Source of the DNA: Leucoraja ocellata
Lineage: Eukaryota
Direction of reading: 5' to 3'
Length of the DNA stretch: 64,000 bases
Assembly: GCA_036785375.1 (NCBI GenBank)
Contig: JAWMAR010000079.1
Coordinates: 1,240,001-1,304,000, forward strand
The notes under the pieces were generated by a model. The model had not been told where the DNA came from. It worked only from the letters and a program-made list of their open reading frames with translations, and did no database searches. This document shows positions 12,661 through 26,191 of this stretch, in pieces. Positions within the stretch are counted from its first letter, which is position 1; each line of letters opens with the position of its first letter. The position numbers and the translations under genes were made by a program.

Positions 12661-15600
12661 TATTTTAGTTCCCCAAATTACAATTTAGTTCCCCATAGTG
12701 CTTTAAAACTGATCAAGATCCAATTAATTAAGCAAGCTTTATTCATGAAAATGAGATGGGTTAGCTCCAACTGAAATCCAAAATGTTGTTTAACATTTTA
12801 GAGTTTTTTTTATAGCTGCAGGTCGTTATCAAAACATCTTGTATGGCAAATTGAAAAATAATTTTAATAGCGTCGTTCACAGTTACAGAACAGTTTTTCA
12901 TCCAATAGAGTACATTTAAGTGTTGCAGTGAAGGAAGTATAACAGCCATATTTTTGTGCATCAAACTGCCAGAGAAAGCACAACTGCAAGGTGAACATTT
13001 GAGCCGAGGGTAAAATAATCAAAATGAAATTGATATTTTAAAATGATAAATGATACCAGGTTGGCCTGGGATGAATTAATGTTGAAATTGGTTCCTTTCA
13101 CGCTCTTGTTCCTTGTTCAGAATGTAAGATCCTCAGACCGACTTCAAGTCTATCACACTTCCACACTGTCATGTATGAGTTATTTCAGTCTGGGATAAGA
13201 TAAGCTTGCAGCTGCTTATCTTGTCCTGGAAAGTTACTGTAGCATTTCAGGCAAAGCCATCTGTCTGCCATTCAACCACCACTCATTTGGAACCGTTAAC
13301 ACTCTCTCCTGCTCAAATCTCCTCGCATAACTTTTCTCTCGTCCAAGAGCAAAGTCGTGATTGAATTATGTTATTAATTGGGAAGTTTGAGGGAAGTGTT
13401 AGTGCATCACGTTGCAAACCCTGCAGATTCCAGAATACCGTGTGACCCAGCCTGTCCATGTCCCATACAAAGCTCCGAACCAGAAGTTTGCTGGGGTGTA
13501 CAGTCTGAGCCTGAGGCTTTATTATTTTCATCCCAACCTAAACTAAGTTGGAGGCATCCATAGAAAAGGAGAAGAAAATCTTGTTTGGTAAGGTGTGCAT
13601 TGCTGTTAATTAAGAAAAGCTGGTGCATATGTTGATACTAAGCAAATAATTGATACGCAGGGAGCTGGTTGCACACCCCAACTTGAACCCGAGTGTTCAA
13701 CTGACGTGACTCCAAGATGACATGCTTTATTGGATCGCATTGGACTAGCATCAACTGGCTATGCTGCACCTTTCTGCTCCTTTACCGCCTTCCTCAGCAC
13801 TATATCTTTCCCTGTGTATTTATTTAGCTTCAAGAGTCAGAGATTCATAGTCCTGCAGTATGAAAAGCCATGCCGACCAAGGAATGGTCTGAACTAATCT
13901 CATTTGGATCTTTTCCTCAATCTATCCTATCATTTAACCCATTAATCCAATTTGCCTCATCAGTCCTTATGGGAGTGAGTTACATGTTCTCTCTGCACTG
14001 GAGATAGAATGTTTCTCAATATCTTATTGATTTTTTTTTTTTAGCAACTGAAATTTGTAATCCCTTGTAAATCACATCATCTTCTTAAAGACATCTATCA
14101 GGTAATTTAAATACATCCCAGGCAGTTAAGTTGTTATGAAAAAGCCTAGAAGGATATAAATCCGTGACCAACTGAAATTGTTATGGTGGTTTTACTATCA
14201 TGTAGGTAGGTAATTCCAAATTATCTTTGTTAATGAGCTAGAGAACTCGTATTATTGATTAATGAGGGAAAGTTGTAGGACAGCTTGTTTGTGCTGTCAC
14301 GGTATTTTCCACGGATGTTTACAATTAGAATTAGTTTGTTTTCTGTCACACTGAAGTGAAGGACTTGACCCTCAGGGTACAAGTTTTAATGCTTTGTACG
14401 AGAATGTGTTTATTTTAGAAGGTTATGTTTTATAGATTTAAACTAGTGTGTCATGGACATTGTAAACAAGGCCAAATATTCTTATTTGCTTGCTTGAATG
14501 AGGAGCTTGCTTGGTCTTGTCTTGGACAATGGTGAGGGTGGAGGGGCAGATCTTGCAGCTCCTATGGTCTGTATTTTTCTCCAGATTCCAACATCTGGAA
14601 TCTTTTGTGTTGAATCTATTGTTATCTTTGTGACCTGGATGTTGGTTGACTTGGGTGCAAGTTGTTTGTGATCTAGAGAGCATTATGTAAGGAGTGTTTC
14701 CCCTCTTCCTTAAAGTTGAAATAACGACAGCTGGCCAATTTTAAAGTTTTTCTTATTTCAAGCATTCTCCTCATCCATAGTGCAGACAACCAACTCTGCT
14801 TTTTGACCTCCCTCCTCTCTTGCTTTTTGATATCGACCATTATCTAAGATTTCTCAGTTGATAAAATGTTATACCTATTTGCTTTTACTAAAGATTATTT
14901 ATCACTAGACTTGAAAGTTGCATGCAACTAAAAAAATGCCTTGGATGCTACAAAACGTATGAGACATTTCTTATCCCACAGTGCATCTTGGGAATCTGCT
15001 CATCATCTTTCTCCTCAAAACGTTAGGAAGTGACTGCTGCAAGATAAAGTCATAACCTGCTAAATCATTGCTGGTTAGCTTAGGGAATATTTGATTAGAA
15101 AAGGATGAACTGATTGAGTCAAGAATGTAAAAAATCCAGAGAGCAGGAGGGGGCTCTTTGGCCTCTTGAGCCTGCTCTGCTGTTTCATGAGATCATGGCA
15201 AATCTACCTTGACTTTCATTTCCACCTTACTATCATGTTTCTTGATTCCCTTGTGAAAGGATTGAAATGAAAATTAGAGTGGATGTCCAATCTTAAATTG
15301 GTATTTGTAGAGGGGTCAGTACCAAACTTCTGCACAAAGCAGTGCAGCAAATGTATGGCACAGAAATAGACCTCCATTGCAAATCAGCCATGCACTCTTC
15401 ATCTTGCCTGCTATCTTCATTCCATTGTACTTTTGTAGTTCTCCCATACATCTGTGCTTTCGGCATGAAGTTGCTCATCAGTAGGTCATGGGTGCAGAAA
15501 CCATTCTAGAGTGCAAATGTCATGGCAGAATGCCAGCATAATACTGACTGAGTGCTACTTTGTCTCGCTCCATCTTTTGAATGAGACGTGAAGTTACTGT

Positions 15601-16043
15601 CTGGTCCGCCCTCTTAGGTAGGCATTACATCAAAAAAAAATCCTAGGTCATTATTCTGAGTAAGGGAATGCAGGTTTGAGATCATCTCCCCGGTGATCAT
15701 GCTAATAATTATTCAACAAGGCACCGGCAAGTAATTAGTGTACAAAATGTCGATCGCACTTCCATAGTACTTAATTGGCTTTTAGATGTTTCATGAGATT
15801 TGACTTCTTGAGAGGAATATATATCAATGCATTTCTTTCTCTCTCTCCACCCGTCTTATTACCGAAGAAGCTAGTTAAATACTGAAACAATGCATATACA
15901 TTCTTGGTGGTATATCGTGGCAGTTTGTGGTCTGATTCAGTCCATCAGATGAAACGAGTCATGTTTATGCTGTCAGACTAACAAATTAACCAGTCTGTTG
16001 TTCAGCGCTGTGATTTCAATTGTACTTATTCCCTATGTTTCAG

Positions 16044-16114
16044 CGGTTGCTGGTTGTGCATCATGTGTGAAACTACTTTTGGACCATGGAGCCATTGTGA
16101 ATGTCAAGGATAAA
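16044..16114 (+). CDS. UACA: UACA exon, ankyrin repeat: AVAGCASCVKLLLDHGAIVNVKDK
   Basis: tttcag acceptor, AAA|gtaagt donor; 71 nt. Confidence 0.92.
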
Positions 16115-16554
16115 GTAAGTGCGATGAATGTCTGAGATGCAATATTCCTGAACGCAAGATATATGGCAGGGAAATGTACCATGACTGTAGATTGCGTGGC
16201 CGTGTTACTGGGCTCATAGTCAAAAGCTTTGGTTCAGTCATCCAGCGATACCACTTCAAATCTCACTCCAATAGCCAGGGAATTTAAATTCAAGGAATTA
16301 AATTACAAACCTTTATTTCAAAAAGGTAATTTTATCTCAGTGTTGGTAATCATTGACCAGCTGGATATGGAGAGGATGTTTCATCGTGGGAACAATCTCC
16401 TTTCCTTGAGTAATAGATGCAGCATCTTTGAATATTTTTAAGTCAGAGGTAGAAAGTTGCTTCAGGGTAGGGGGGGAAGGAAATGGGAGCACAGATTTGA
16501 GGTTACAATTCGATTAGCCATCATTTTATTAAATAGTGAAGCAGGCTAGAGGAG

Positions 16555-16862
16555 AGTTTAGTTTAGGGATACATCACGGAAACAGGCCCTTTGGCCCATC
16601 GGGTCTGCGCCGACCAGCGATCCCTGCACATTAACACCATCCTACACACACTAGGGCCAATTTACATTTATACCAAGCCATTAACCTACAACCTGCACGT
16701 CTTTGGAGTGTGGGAGGAAACTGAAGATCTCGGAGAAACCCCAGGCTGGTCACGGGGAAAATGTACAAACTCCGTACAGCGAGCATCCGTAGTCAGGATC
16801 GGACCTGTTTCTCCAGCGCTGCAAGCTCCGTAAGGCAGCAACTCTACCACTGCTCGGCCATG
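16555..16862 (-). mobile_element. tRNA-derived V-SINE (HE1/Mermaid-like)
   Basis: Reverse strand reads ...agtggtagagttgctgccttac...gagtttgtacattttccccgtgacc...gtttcctcccacactccaaagacgtgcagg..., with a taaac-type tail. Confidence 0.8.
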
Positions 16863-16954
16863 TCGCAAACATCTAACTCGTATTTGTGTATATGTATGAA
16901 GCTACTGAGATTATTGTTAAAATCCCATCTGAATCATGGATATCCTTTAGGGAA

Positions 16955-17185
16955 TGAAACAGTCATATACCCTCGGCCCAACTTGCCCATGCCGGCTGAG
17001 ATGCCCCATCTACGCTAGTCCCACCAGCCCGTGTCTGGCCCATATCCCTCTAAACCTTTCTTATCCATGTAACTGTCCAAATGTTTTTTAAATGTTGTTA
17101 AAGTACTTGCCTCAACTACCTCCTCTGGCAACACGTTCCATATACCCACAACCATCTGTGTGAATAAAATTGCCCCTTAGGTTCC
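16955..17185 (-). mobile_element. CR1 LINE 3' fragment
   Basis: Reverse complement of the CR1 3' end seen at 383-665. Confidence 0.75.
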
Positions 17186-18094
17186 AGCCCTTAAGTCAGA
17201 AATCTTTTTTTTAAAATTAAGCCACCTATCCAAATTTAAAACCCATTGTGCAGCCTTTTCGATTTGGCATTGTTCAATAACTTCAGATGACTCGGAAATA
17301 ATATTGAGCCTCTAGGCAGTAGTGGAACCACTATCCAGTTTTACACATTATGAAATAGCATCAATGGACAGGCCTTTTAAAGAATACAGAAAAGGCATCA
17401 AATGTTTTAATTAATTCAAGGGATGTGGGCGTTGTAGGCTGAGCAAGCATTTAATTGCAAAGCCCTTGAAGGTGGTGGTGAGCTGCCTTCTTAAAGCATT
17501 AGTTCTTGATGTGGGCGCACCCACAATGCTGTTAGGGAGAGTGTTCCACGGTTTTGACCCCCGCCGATGAAGGAACAAAGCTGCGTTTCCAAGTCATAAT
17601 AGTGTGTGTACTATAATTTGGACGGCACCTTACAGGTGGTCGTGTTCCTGTGCTTTTAGCGCTCTTGTGCTTCTAGCTGGTCGAGATCATGGATTTGGAA
17701 GGTGTTGCCTCAGGATATTGAACAGTGCAGCAGAGGAGTGGGCCCTTCGGCCCACAATGTTTGTGCCAAGCAAGATACCAAATTAAACTGATATCATATG
17801 CCTGTACATGATATATATCCCTCTATTCTCTGCACTTCCATGTGCCTATCTAAAAGACTCTTAAATGCTGCTATTGTATTTGCCTCCACCACCCCGTCTC
17901 AATGCGATGGCTTTCTGTAATGGTACAGATTGTTGCTACTGTACATCAGTGATGGAGTGAGTGAATGGTTGTGGAATGGGAATGGCTGCCTGTCAAACAG
18001 GCTGCTATATCAAATACCCTTGACAAGTAGAATGGTAATTATGTGGACAGAGTGGAGAAAGTCTCACTGCCTTTGCTTGCTGTGTTGTGTTCAG

Positions 18095-18201
18095 GATGGA
18101 GGAACCCCCCTTCTGTTGGCCGCCCAGTCATGCCATCCAGTGGCCTGTCGACTTTTACTGGATCGGGGAGCAGACATCAACTCCAGAGATAAAGAAAACA
18201 G
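18095..18201 (+). CDS. UACA: UACA exon, ankyrin repeat: [36 protein letters not shown]
   Basis: ttcag acceptor, AG|gtaatt donor; 107 nt; GxTPL ankyrin motif. Confidence 0.94.
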
Positions 18202-19224
18202 GTAATTTGGACAAATTTTTTTTTTTAAGTTTGAACAAAGTCTGTCCATGTTGATTGAGGAAATGGCAATTCATCTTGGTGTTATGAGCAATCCAGTAAT
18301 TCCAGTAATTCATTGGTAGACGGTGTGAATTAATGTTAATAGGGCAAGCTTTATTTCCAAGCAGAAGAAAGACACAAAATGTTGGAGTAATTCAGCGGTA
18401 GGATCTCTGAAGAAAAGGAACAGGTGATTTTTCGGATCGGAGGCCTTCAGACTGGGAGACATTTCTAAGCATCCTACTTCCCATTATTAGTGAGGTTGCG
18501 TGCTATTCACAGAACAGAATCCAGCCTGCCTTCGAGCTGCATAAGACCATTCTCCCACCCTTTTCATTACTTCTGACTGTAATTCTTCGCTTATTCTTTG
18601 ATTCCATCTTTGCTAGTTCCCTTGCCTCTCCCTGTGGGGTGAGTTTCTCTCTCTCTCAAATCTCCCAGTAAAGGAATTATTCTCATTTTTGTTTTACTTT
18701 GTTTGATGACTGTATCTGAGATAGATGGTACTGGTTATGGTGCTCAAGCAAGTTTTTTCATTTAACCTTATACTCCTAACAACTCAGAAGGCCATACTGG
18801 CTCTTTGTATCTGGCTCTTGGGAGCAATTGCCTCACCTTATACTCCTGTAATACATCTCTCTCTCTCATTCTCTCTATAATGTGCATCAACTGACCTATC
18901 ATTCTGTTTTGCCATTTATTACAACTGTCAATGGAGTGATTTATTATTGTCAGCTTAATTACCAGCATGATTTTGGGATGTGGGAGGAAACCAAATAGTG
19001 TACCTGGTAACAAAGTGTCAAGATATATGGGGGAATATGATACTAAAGGCGACTGTGACTACTGGTCATCTTGTTGGCAGAGCAGGTATGAAGGGCTGAT
19101 TGGTCTACTCTTGAATTTCTGTGGATGTGCCACATCCACTTTGTCCACCACTAATTTGGAGCCCCTGTACTTTGTGAGACACTGTACTTTGCTTCCAACG
19201 TCTAACATGGGACTTTTATTTTAG

Positions 19225-19406
19225 GACTGCGTTGATGCTGGGATGCAGGTCTGGTTGCAAGGATGCAGTAGATGTTCTGTTAAAACACAGAGCTGATGTT
19301 ACCTTGGTGGATCAGCATGGTCACCAGTGCTTGCATTATGCACAGCTCTCCAAAAACCCAGACCTGTTGACTTTGATCAGAACTGCAGTGGAGAAGGCGG
19401 TTAAAG
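19225..19406 (+). CDS. UACA: UACA exon, last ankyrin repeats: TALMLGCRSGCKDAVDVLLKHRADVTLVDQHGHQCLHYAQLSKNPDLLTLIRTAVEKAVK
   Basis: ttttag acceptor, G|gtaaga donor; 182 nt. Confidence 0.94.
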
Positions 19407-19704
19407 GTAAGATGATTGATGCATACAAAAATATCTGACCATTTAATTTATTTTGCTTCCCATTGTCCTCATTTCTAGGTTGCACTCTGTCTGAATCAGA
19501 GGATTATAGATTCAGGGATTAGGCATCTTTAGTGCAGTATTGGTGAATGCTATGCCGTTAGAGAGGCTGCCCTTCAGTTGAGACGCACAGTTAGGAATTT
19601 AAGATTCCAAGTGTCCTGGAGCCAACTTTTACTGCTTGCTTCTCAACATTTTTCAGTCAGCTCTATCACGTAGCTGAATTGGGATCTTTCCATGCACAGT
19701 TTGC

Positions 19705-19935
19705 TGGCACCATGGTAGTGCTGGTATATCTCAGTTACTGAGTTTGCTGCGGACCTCAGGTGTTCTCTGTGTAGAATTCGCACGTTCTTCTTGTGACTGA
19801 GTGGGTTTACTCCAGGTGTTCCGGTTTCCTCCCGCATCCCAGGGGTTTATCGGTTAATTGGCCTTTGTAAATTTCTCCCAGTATGTAGGAAATGGATGGG
19901 AAAGTGGGATAACTGAAGAGCCAGTGATTCAGTGA
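19705..19935 (+). mobile_element. V-SINE copy
   Basis: ggcaccatggtag...gtgggtttactccaggtgttccggtttcctcccgcatccc V-domain. Confidence 0.7.
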
Positions 19936-21306
19936 GAAGGAAACTCCAGTGTAGCCAGTGGATTGGGGCTGGGTTGCAGTGTTAATATGGGGAGCTGAGT
20001 GCCTAGGAGAATAGGGCTGGTGATAAGCTCTGGTATTTGTGGTGCACAGTCTGACATTGGTGCTGCATGGAGGCTTCTTCAAAGTTGACCATGAAATATT
20101 TAAAGAGACTGCTCGACAGTAAAGAGTTGATAGGCATAAGAAGTATGTGTGGATGGGAGTGAAAGAAAGTGGGAGTAGGCTAGAGTGGAGTATTAACATC
20201 GTCACAGCCCTCTTGGATTGAATAACGTGCTTCTCTCTGCTCGTTTCAAAAATAGACCGTTACTCCATTGGCCTTGTCTGGCCTGCATCACCCAGATCCA
20301 TGCTGGGCCAAACATCTGACACAATCAACCATTTACACGCTAGGCTGGGAAACTATGTCTGGGAGGGGGTGGGCTACTGATTTGCACATACACTTTGACT
20401 TTGATCTAATTTGTATTCCATGCATTATCTTTGTTTTGATTTTGCCATTTGAGTGTCTGGGGCGCAGTGTGTGAAATGGCTTGATAAATACAGGTTTGAA
20501 ACGTTAGTATTTATTCTGGCCAATTTGAAGAGATTCTTGCAATGTGCTTTAGATATACTGAATCACAATTTCCACCCACCTAATATATCTATGCAAGAAT
20601 GAAATGCCACAAAGGGTGTTTGAATGAGCGTGTGTGTGCGCATGAATAACGTAGCCTTGTTGTAATTCTGAAGCATGTTGGACATGGATGAGGCACAAGA
20701 TTGCTGCAGCAAAGATGAATTGCCTGCGAATCATGTTAAGCTTAAAACTATTACTCGCATGCTTCAAAGGGCGCAAGTGTAATCTGCTGCCTGAAAGGCC
20801 AGGGTCATAGATCCAGAGATACTTGTTGATAAGGAATTGGATGTGTACTTGAAAAAGATTGCAACGCTATGGCGAAAGAATAGTGGAATGTTGTTAATGC
20901 AATCGCTCCTTCAAAGTAGCAGCAGAAACATGATGTGTAAATGACCAGCTGCTAATGTTTCTTTGTCAACCGTTCAGTATTTTTTATGAAGCTGAGTTAC
21001 AACCACACGCACAACATTGTGGTGCTTTGCCACGTTAAATGTTCATTATAAATGCAAATTGAGGTACAAAGCCATCATAGGATGCCACTAAGTACATGCG
21101 TTTGATAAATAATCTGTTTATTCTTTGTTAATAGATTGCAAATGTGGGGACACTTTTGTGTGTAATTAAAATGGTTTTATCCAGTGAAGTATATTGTAAT
21201 TGTCCACAAAAAACAGTTAATTGCGATGAGGTAGCTAATGTCTTGAACCAATCCACTACGCATTTTTCTGCATCAGTTGAAAGGGCCACACCTGTGAATA
21301 TGAGGA

Positions 21307-21742
21307 AGATAGACGCAAAGTGCTGGAGTAACTCAGCGGGTCAGGCAGCATCTCTGGAGAAAAAGGGAGAGTGATGTTTCGGGTCGGGACTCTTCTTCAG
21401 ACTAAAAGTAGAGGGGAAGGAACTGGAAGTACGAAAAGGCCAGAACAAAGCAGGTCTGTTAACAGATGATCGTGGAAGGGTGGAGCCCATAAAGGTCCAT
21501 TGTTGGCTGGTGAACAGGTGATAAAGAAGGGATGCAAGATTGCGAACAGTAGAACTAGTAGGCGCTTGGTCTCGCCGATATATAGGAGCCCACACCAAGA
21601 ACAGCGGATACAGTAGATTAAGTTGGAGGAAGTGCAGGTGAACCTCTGCCTCACCTGAAAGGACTATTGGGGACCCTGGTTGGAGTTGAGGGAGGAGGTA
21701 CAAGTACAGGTGTTGCGTATACCCCTGTAGCTGGGGAAAGTT
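21307..21742 (-). mobile_element. Penelope-like retroelement fragment (GIY-YIG remnant plus terminal repeat)
   Basis: Minus-strand translation RQRFTCTSSNLIYCIRCSWCGLLYIGETKR has the PLE GIY-YIG CxxC..YIG signature. Flanked by the 16-bp direct repeat cctgtgaatat(g/a)agga at 21291-21306 and 21743-21758. Confidence 0.88.
21370..21403 (-). ncRNA. Minimal hammerhead-ribozyme-like motif in PLE terminus
   Basis: Reverse strand: AGU CUGAAGA A GAGUCCCGACCC GAAAC AUC ACU. Core boxes intact, 3-bp stem I, one mismatch in stem II. Confidence 0.5.
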
Positions 21743-22639
21743 CCTGTGAATATAAGGATGGTGTGAACCATTGCAGTTTGGGTAACCTGTGCTTGAATTT
21801 CGACATCTTAATTGTGGTAAATGAGAATGGAAGAAGGGTCTCGATCTGGAATGTTGTCTGGCAGTTTCTCTCCTTGATGCTGCTTGACCCGCTGAGTTCC
21901 TCCACCAATTAGTTTTTTCTGCTCAACTTGTAATGGATGTTTGATGGCAAGGAATTGAATGAAATACTCAAACTAACTCTGTTAAATCAGTGTCCGGAGT
22001 TTAACATATAACTCTACAGTGCCACCTCCTGATTGCAGAGTGGATTACCCCGGCAGTGTTGCAGACTTAAACTGTATGCACAGCTGTGGTGTGCAAAGAT
22101 CGCTCTAATATCTTTGGTGGTGTGTGTGGGGGATTTCAACGTCAGACCTCAGATTTACGAGCAATTAGTTCAAAATCTGAGTTAATTATGCTGTCGTTAA
22201 TGTGAAAGATTATTGGATTATTCATTGGCGCTGATTGCAAGCGTTTGCGTATTATTGGCTGCCACCATAAATCGTGACGTAGTGCAGACACTGATTTTCA
22301 AAATGTATTTGTATAACGTCCATACCTCAGTGCATTCTGCACCTTCTCAACTAATTAAGAACATTATGCACTCATATTTCTTCACAGCAGGAAAGGATGC
22401 CATTCAGCCCATTCCTCTACTTATATCCCTGTGATCTATTGTCACTCTCATAGAGAAATAGGTGCAGGAGTAGGCCATTTGGCCCTTCGAGCCAGCACTC
22501 TCATGCCCATTAACGTGTGATTCTCCAACCACCCATCTGCATTTTGGGGTAATTTACAGTAACCAATTAACCTACTGCCCGGCCTGTCTTTTAGTCTCTT
22601 CAGCCTCTGTTGTACTTGCAATATATAATATTGGTACAA

Positions 22640-23790
22640 TATCTATGCCGAACCTAATACCAAGGTAAACTAATCTAATTTGCCTATTGATCCATACCCC
22701 TCTATTCGATTTGCCTACCTTAAAGCCTCTTAAATGCAGCTATTGTATCTGCCTCCACCACCACCCCTGGTAGTGCGTTCCAGGCACCCTCCACACTGTG
22801 TAAACAAAACATTTCCTTGACATTTCCACCCAAGGAAAAGGTTCTAACTCTTATCAATGGCTCTCATAAGTTCAATTACTTCTATCAGGTCTCTTTAACC
22901 TCTGGCATTCTAGAGAAAACAATCCAAGTTTGTCCAACTCCTCCTTGTAATCCAGACAAGATTCTCCAAACGCAGCCTAACCAAAGTCTTATAGAGCTAC
23001 ATCATAACTTCCTGACTCTTGTACTCAATGTTCTGACCAATTAAGGTGTGCATACCATATGCCTTCTTTACCACTCTGTCTATTTGTGTTGCCACTATCA
23101 GAGAGCTAAGGTCCTGGACAACAAGATCCCTCTGTACATTAATGTTATTAAGGGTCTTCCCATCAACCGTATGCCTTCCCCTTACATTCAACCTCCTGAA
23201 GTGCCGCACCTCACACTTGTTTGAATTTAATTCTCCCATTTCTCCATTCGTTACTGTGGTTGATCTGTATCCCGCTGTATGCTTGGCGTCTTGGTGTCAT
23301 TTGCAAATGTACTAACTAACCCATCTACATTCACATCCAAATCATTTGTATACATCTCAAACAACAGCAGTCCCAGCATAGATCTCTGCAAACTCCAGGG
23401 ATTTTGGGTAACAGACTTTCAGCCCATAATAATGTTCTTCCACCACAACCGTTCTGTGAGTAAGCAAGTTCTGAATCCATACGACAAGTCTCTGTGAATC
23501 CCGTGAATCTTAATCTTCTGGATCCACCTATCATGTGGGACTTTTATCAAATACCTTACTAAAATTTGTGTAGGAAACAACCATCGCCTTGCCCTCATTG
23601 ATCACTTTCGTCAACTTTTCAAAGCATAGAATTCCCGGGATTATCTGTGCTTCCTTTCTTAAACAAAGGAAGAACATTTGCTACTCAACAGTTTTCTGGC
23701 TAGAGAAGTTGAAAGGAACTCCACCAAGACCCCTATAATCTCCTCTCTGGCTGCTCTTAATAACCTTTTTTAAATTCTATTACTTATTTC
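22640..23790 (-). mobile_element. CR1 LINE remnant, fragmented
   Basis: Minus-strand translations KCEVRHF...VQRDLVVQ...VATQIDRVVKKAYGM...IEYKSQEVM, typical of CR1 ORF2. Confidence 0.8.
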
Positions 23791-24817
23791 CTTCAGTACC
23801 CCATTGTACTAGACTTTTGGTTTTCTGGTATTTCTGGCAGGATTATTTTGTCTTCCATGAACACAGACAAAGTGTTTGTTTAACGTTTCTGCTATTTCTT
23901 AATTGCTTATTATATTCTCTTTTCTACCTGTAAGAGATCAACATTTTCTCCTTGCTTCTCTTTTTCCGTCGGCCTTCCTTTTGAAGCTCGTTTTTATGAT
24001 TCTCATTCATTTGCTCTTAATTTTTATCGTCTTTTTTTTTTAAATGCCTTGGTTCTGAAGTCTTCCATTCATTGAGTCATCAGCATTTGTGGGAACTTTT
24101 AAGTCTCTTCCTTGACTTTTATATTGTCATAAACTTCTCAAATTGGGCACTTTCCCATTTACTGGAAAGTTAATGCTTTTCATTCATCCTTCACTTCCAG
24201 GATGGATTCCAGCTGTTTGCTGCCTTTCACCCCTATAAGATTTTAAATTGATTTATTATTGTTGTTATTCCAATAATTGTTATTGCTTTAAATTGCGTAA
24301 AATGTTTCATTTTTATTTAATTACAAAAGTGGCTGAGTTCCTCTCCCTCTCCTGTGTGCTTTAATGCGTTATGGTCATTTGTAAAATGTTTCATTCGTTG
24401 GGTTCAGAATGACAAACTTTGTGCCTCACTTAATCACAATTCTTCAATTCAAAATACAATCGAAAGTGCAAGATGTGGGGATCCTAAAATGGGGAGTAGC
24501 ATTTCTAAAGTATTAATTATCATCTCAGGATATGCCAAAATTGTATACAACCACTTTGAAGTGCATTTAGGAAATTGTTATGTAGCTGGCACTAGCAATT
24601 TGATCACAATAGGCTCCCACAGCCAGTGTTTGATAATAGCCTGCTTTAAGGACATTGACTCAGATATAAATGTTAACTAGAATTCTGGGTATTTCTACAA
24701 ACTATTCTTCAAATATGAAATGAAATCAATGTGGAAAATCAATAGGTCAAGGGAAGTGGTAGAGGTGGGAACAAATGCTACATATGAATGAAATTTGGAC
24801 AAGTACACAACAGGATA

Positions 24818-25107
24818 GAGTTTAGCGATACAGCTTGGAAACAGGCCCTTCGGATCAGAGTCCACACTGACCATCGGTCACCTGTTCACACTCGTTCTAT
24901 TTTATCCCACTTTCACATCCGCTCCCTACACACTAGGGGCAATTTGCAGAGGCCAATTAATCTACAAAGCTGCACGCCTTTGGGATGGGAGAGGAAACTG
25001 GAGCGCCCGGAGAATGTGCAAACTCCACCCAAACAGTAGCGTTCTGGATCGAGCCTAGGTCTCTGGTGCTGTGAGGAAGCCTCTCCACCAGCTGTGCCAC
25101 TGTGCCG
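24818..25107 (-). mobile_element. V-SINE copy
   Basis: Reverse strand starts cggcacagtggcacagctggtggagag... and contains the V-domain. Confidence 0.8.
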
Positions 25108-25983
25108 CATTTAAAGATTTGGACAATGTGGTCCAGGCAAAGGCAAGTGGGACTGGCTCAGTTTATCAGACAAAATCTGTCGGGCTTTTCTTTTATTTGT
25201 TCCCTGCTATTGGCTTTTCACTTTGTGAACGTTTGTCAATGTGAAAGGTTAGTTTCTAGTTTCAACACGTGTGTGTGTGTATATGTATAGAGCGTTGTGA
25301 TTATTAACACACAATTTTGTTCTAGCTCGTAGAATTTGCACATTAGGAGCAATTTTCACATTATGAACAGGACTTTGAATTATTGGTTTTTCAGACAGAA
25401 ATGCAGCTCCATGAATATTACATGTAGAAGTTGGCTTTCTACACGTTGAATTGTTCCCATTTGTGACATCCAAACATAGGGCAACTTTTGTCTATTCCGT
25501 CGTGAATTGTGGGTGTCATGATAGACCAACATTTATTCCCCATTCCTAATAGCTCAGAATGTGATGAGCTGCCTTCTTGAACTGTTGCAGTCCTTTTGTT
25601 GAAGGCGGCACCCTCAGTGCTGTTGGAGAAGGAATTCCAGGACTTTGACCCAGCAATAGAAAGACTGGTGCTTACATCCATGTCAGCCTAGTGTGTCTTG
25701 TGTTGGGTGCATTCTTGTCTGCTGCCTAGGTCTTCCTCAGTGTCAGAGGTGCCTTAAGAGATGCCTTCAATGATGTTGGTCTATGAATTGTATGTAAGTG
25801 GAACTAACTGTTACAAAGGTGTTCTTGCACAATTACTTTGCCACCCATGTACTGTCTCTCTCTCTGTGTAATCTATTTCCTTGCTAACCTTTGTTCACGA
25901 ATTATACAATCTGGATTGCAGAGGAAGGTTAAATTTGTGTTCATAATTCGCGCTGTTAATATTTTGCCTTTTTACCCCCACAG

Positions 25984-26021
25984 TGAGAGACTCCAGTGTG
26001 AAACCACACCAAGTTTCTCAG
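25984..26021 (+). CDS. UACA: UACA small linker exon: VRDSSVKPHQVSQ
   Basis: Long pyrimidine tract plus cacag, CAG|gtaagt; 38 nt supplies the required phase 1 to 0 change. Confidence 0.8.
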
Positions 26022-26191
26022 GTAAGTCTTGAAAAATACTGCACGTACACATCAGTAAATGACCTGCAGATATCGGAAATCTGAAATGAAGCAAGAAATG
26101 GTGGAAACACTCAGCAGGTCATGCCGAATCTGTGGAGAGAGAAACGGTCAATGTTTTGGATTCAAGACCCTTCAACAGGACCCTTCAACAG

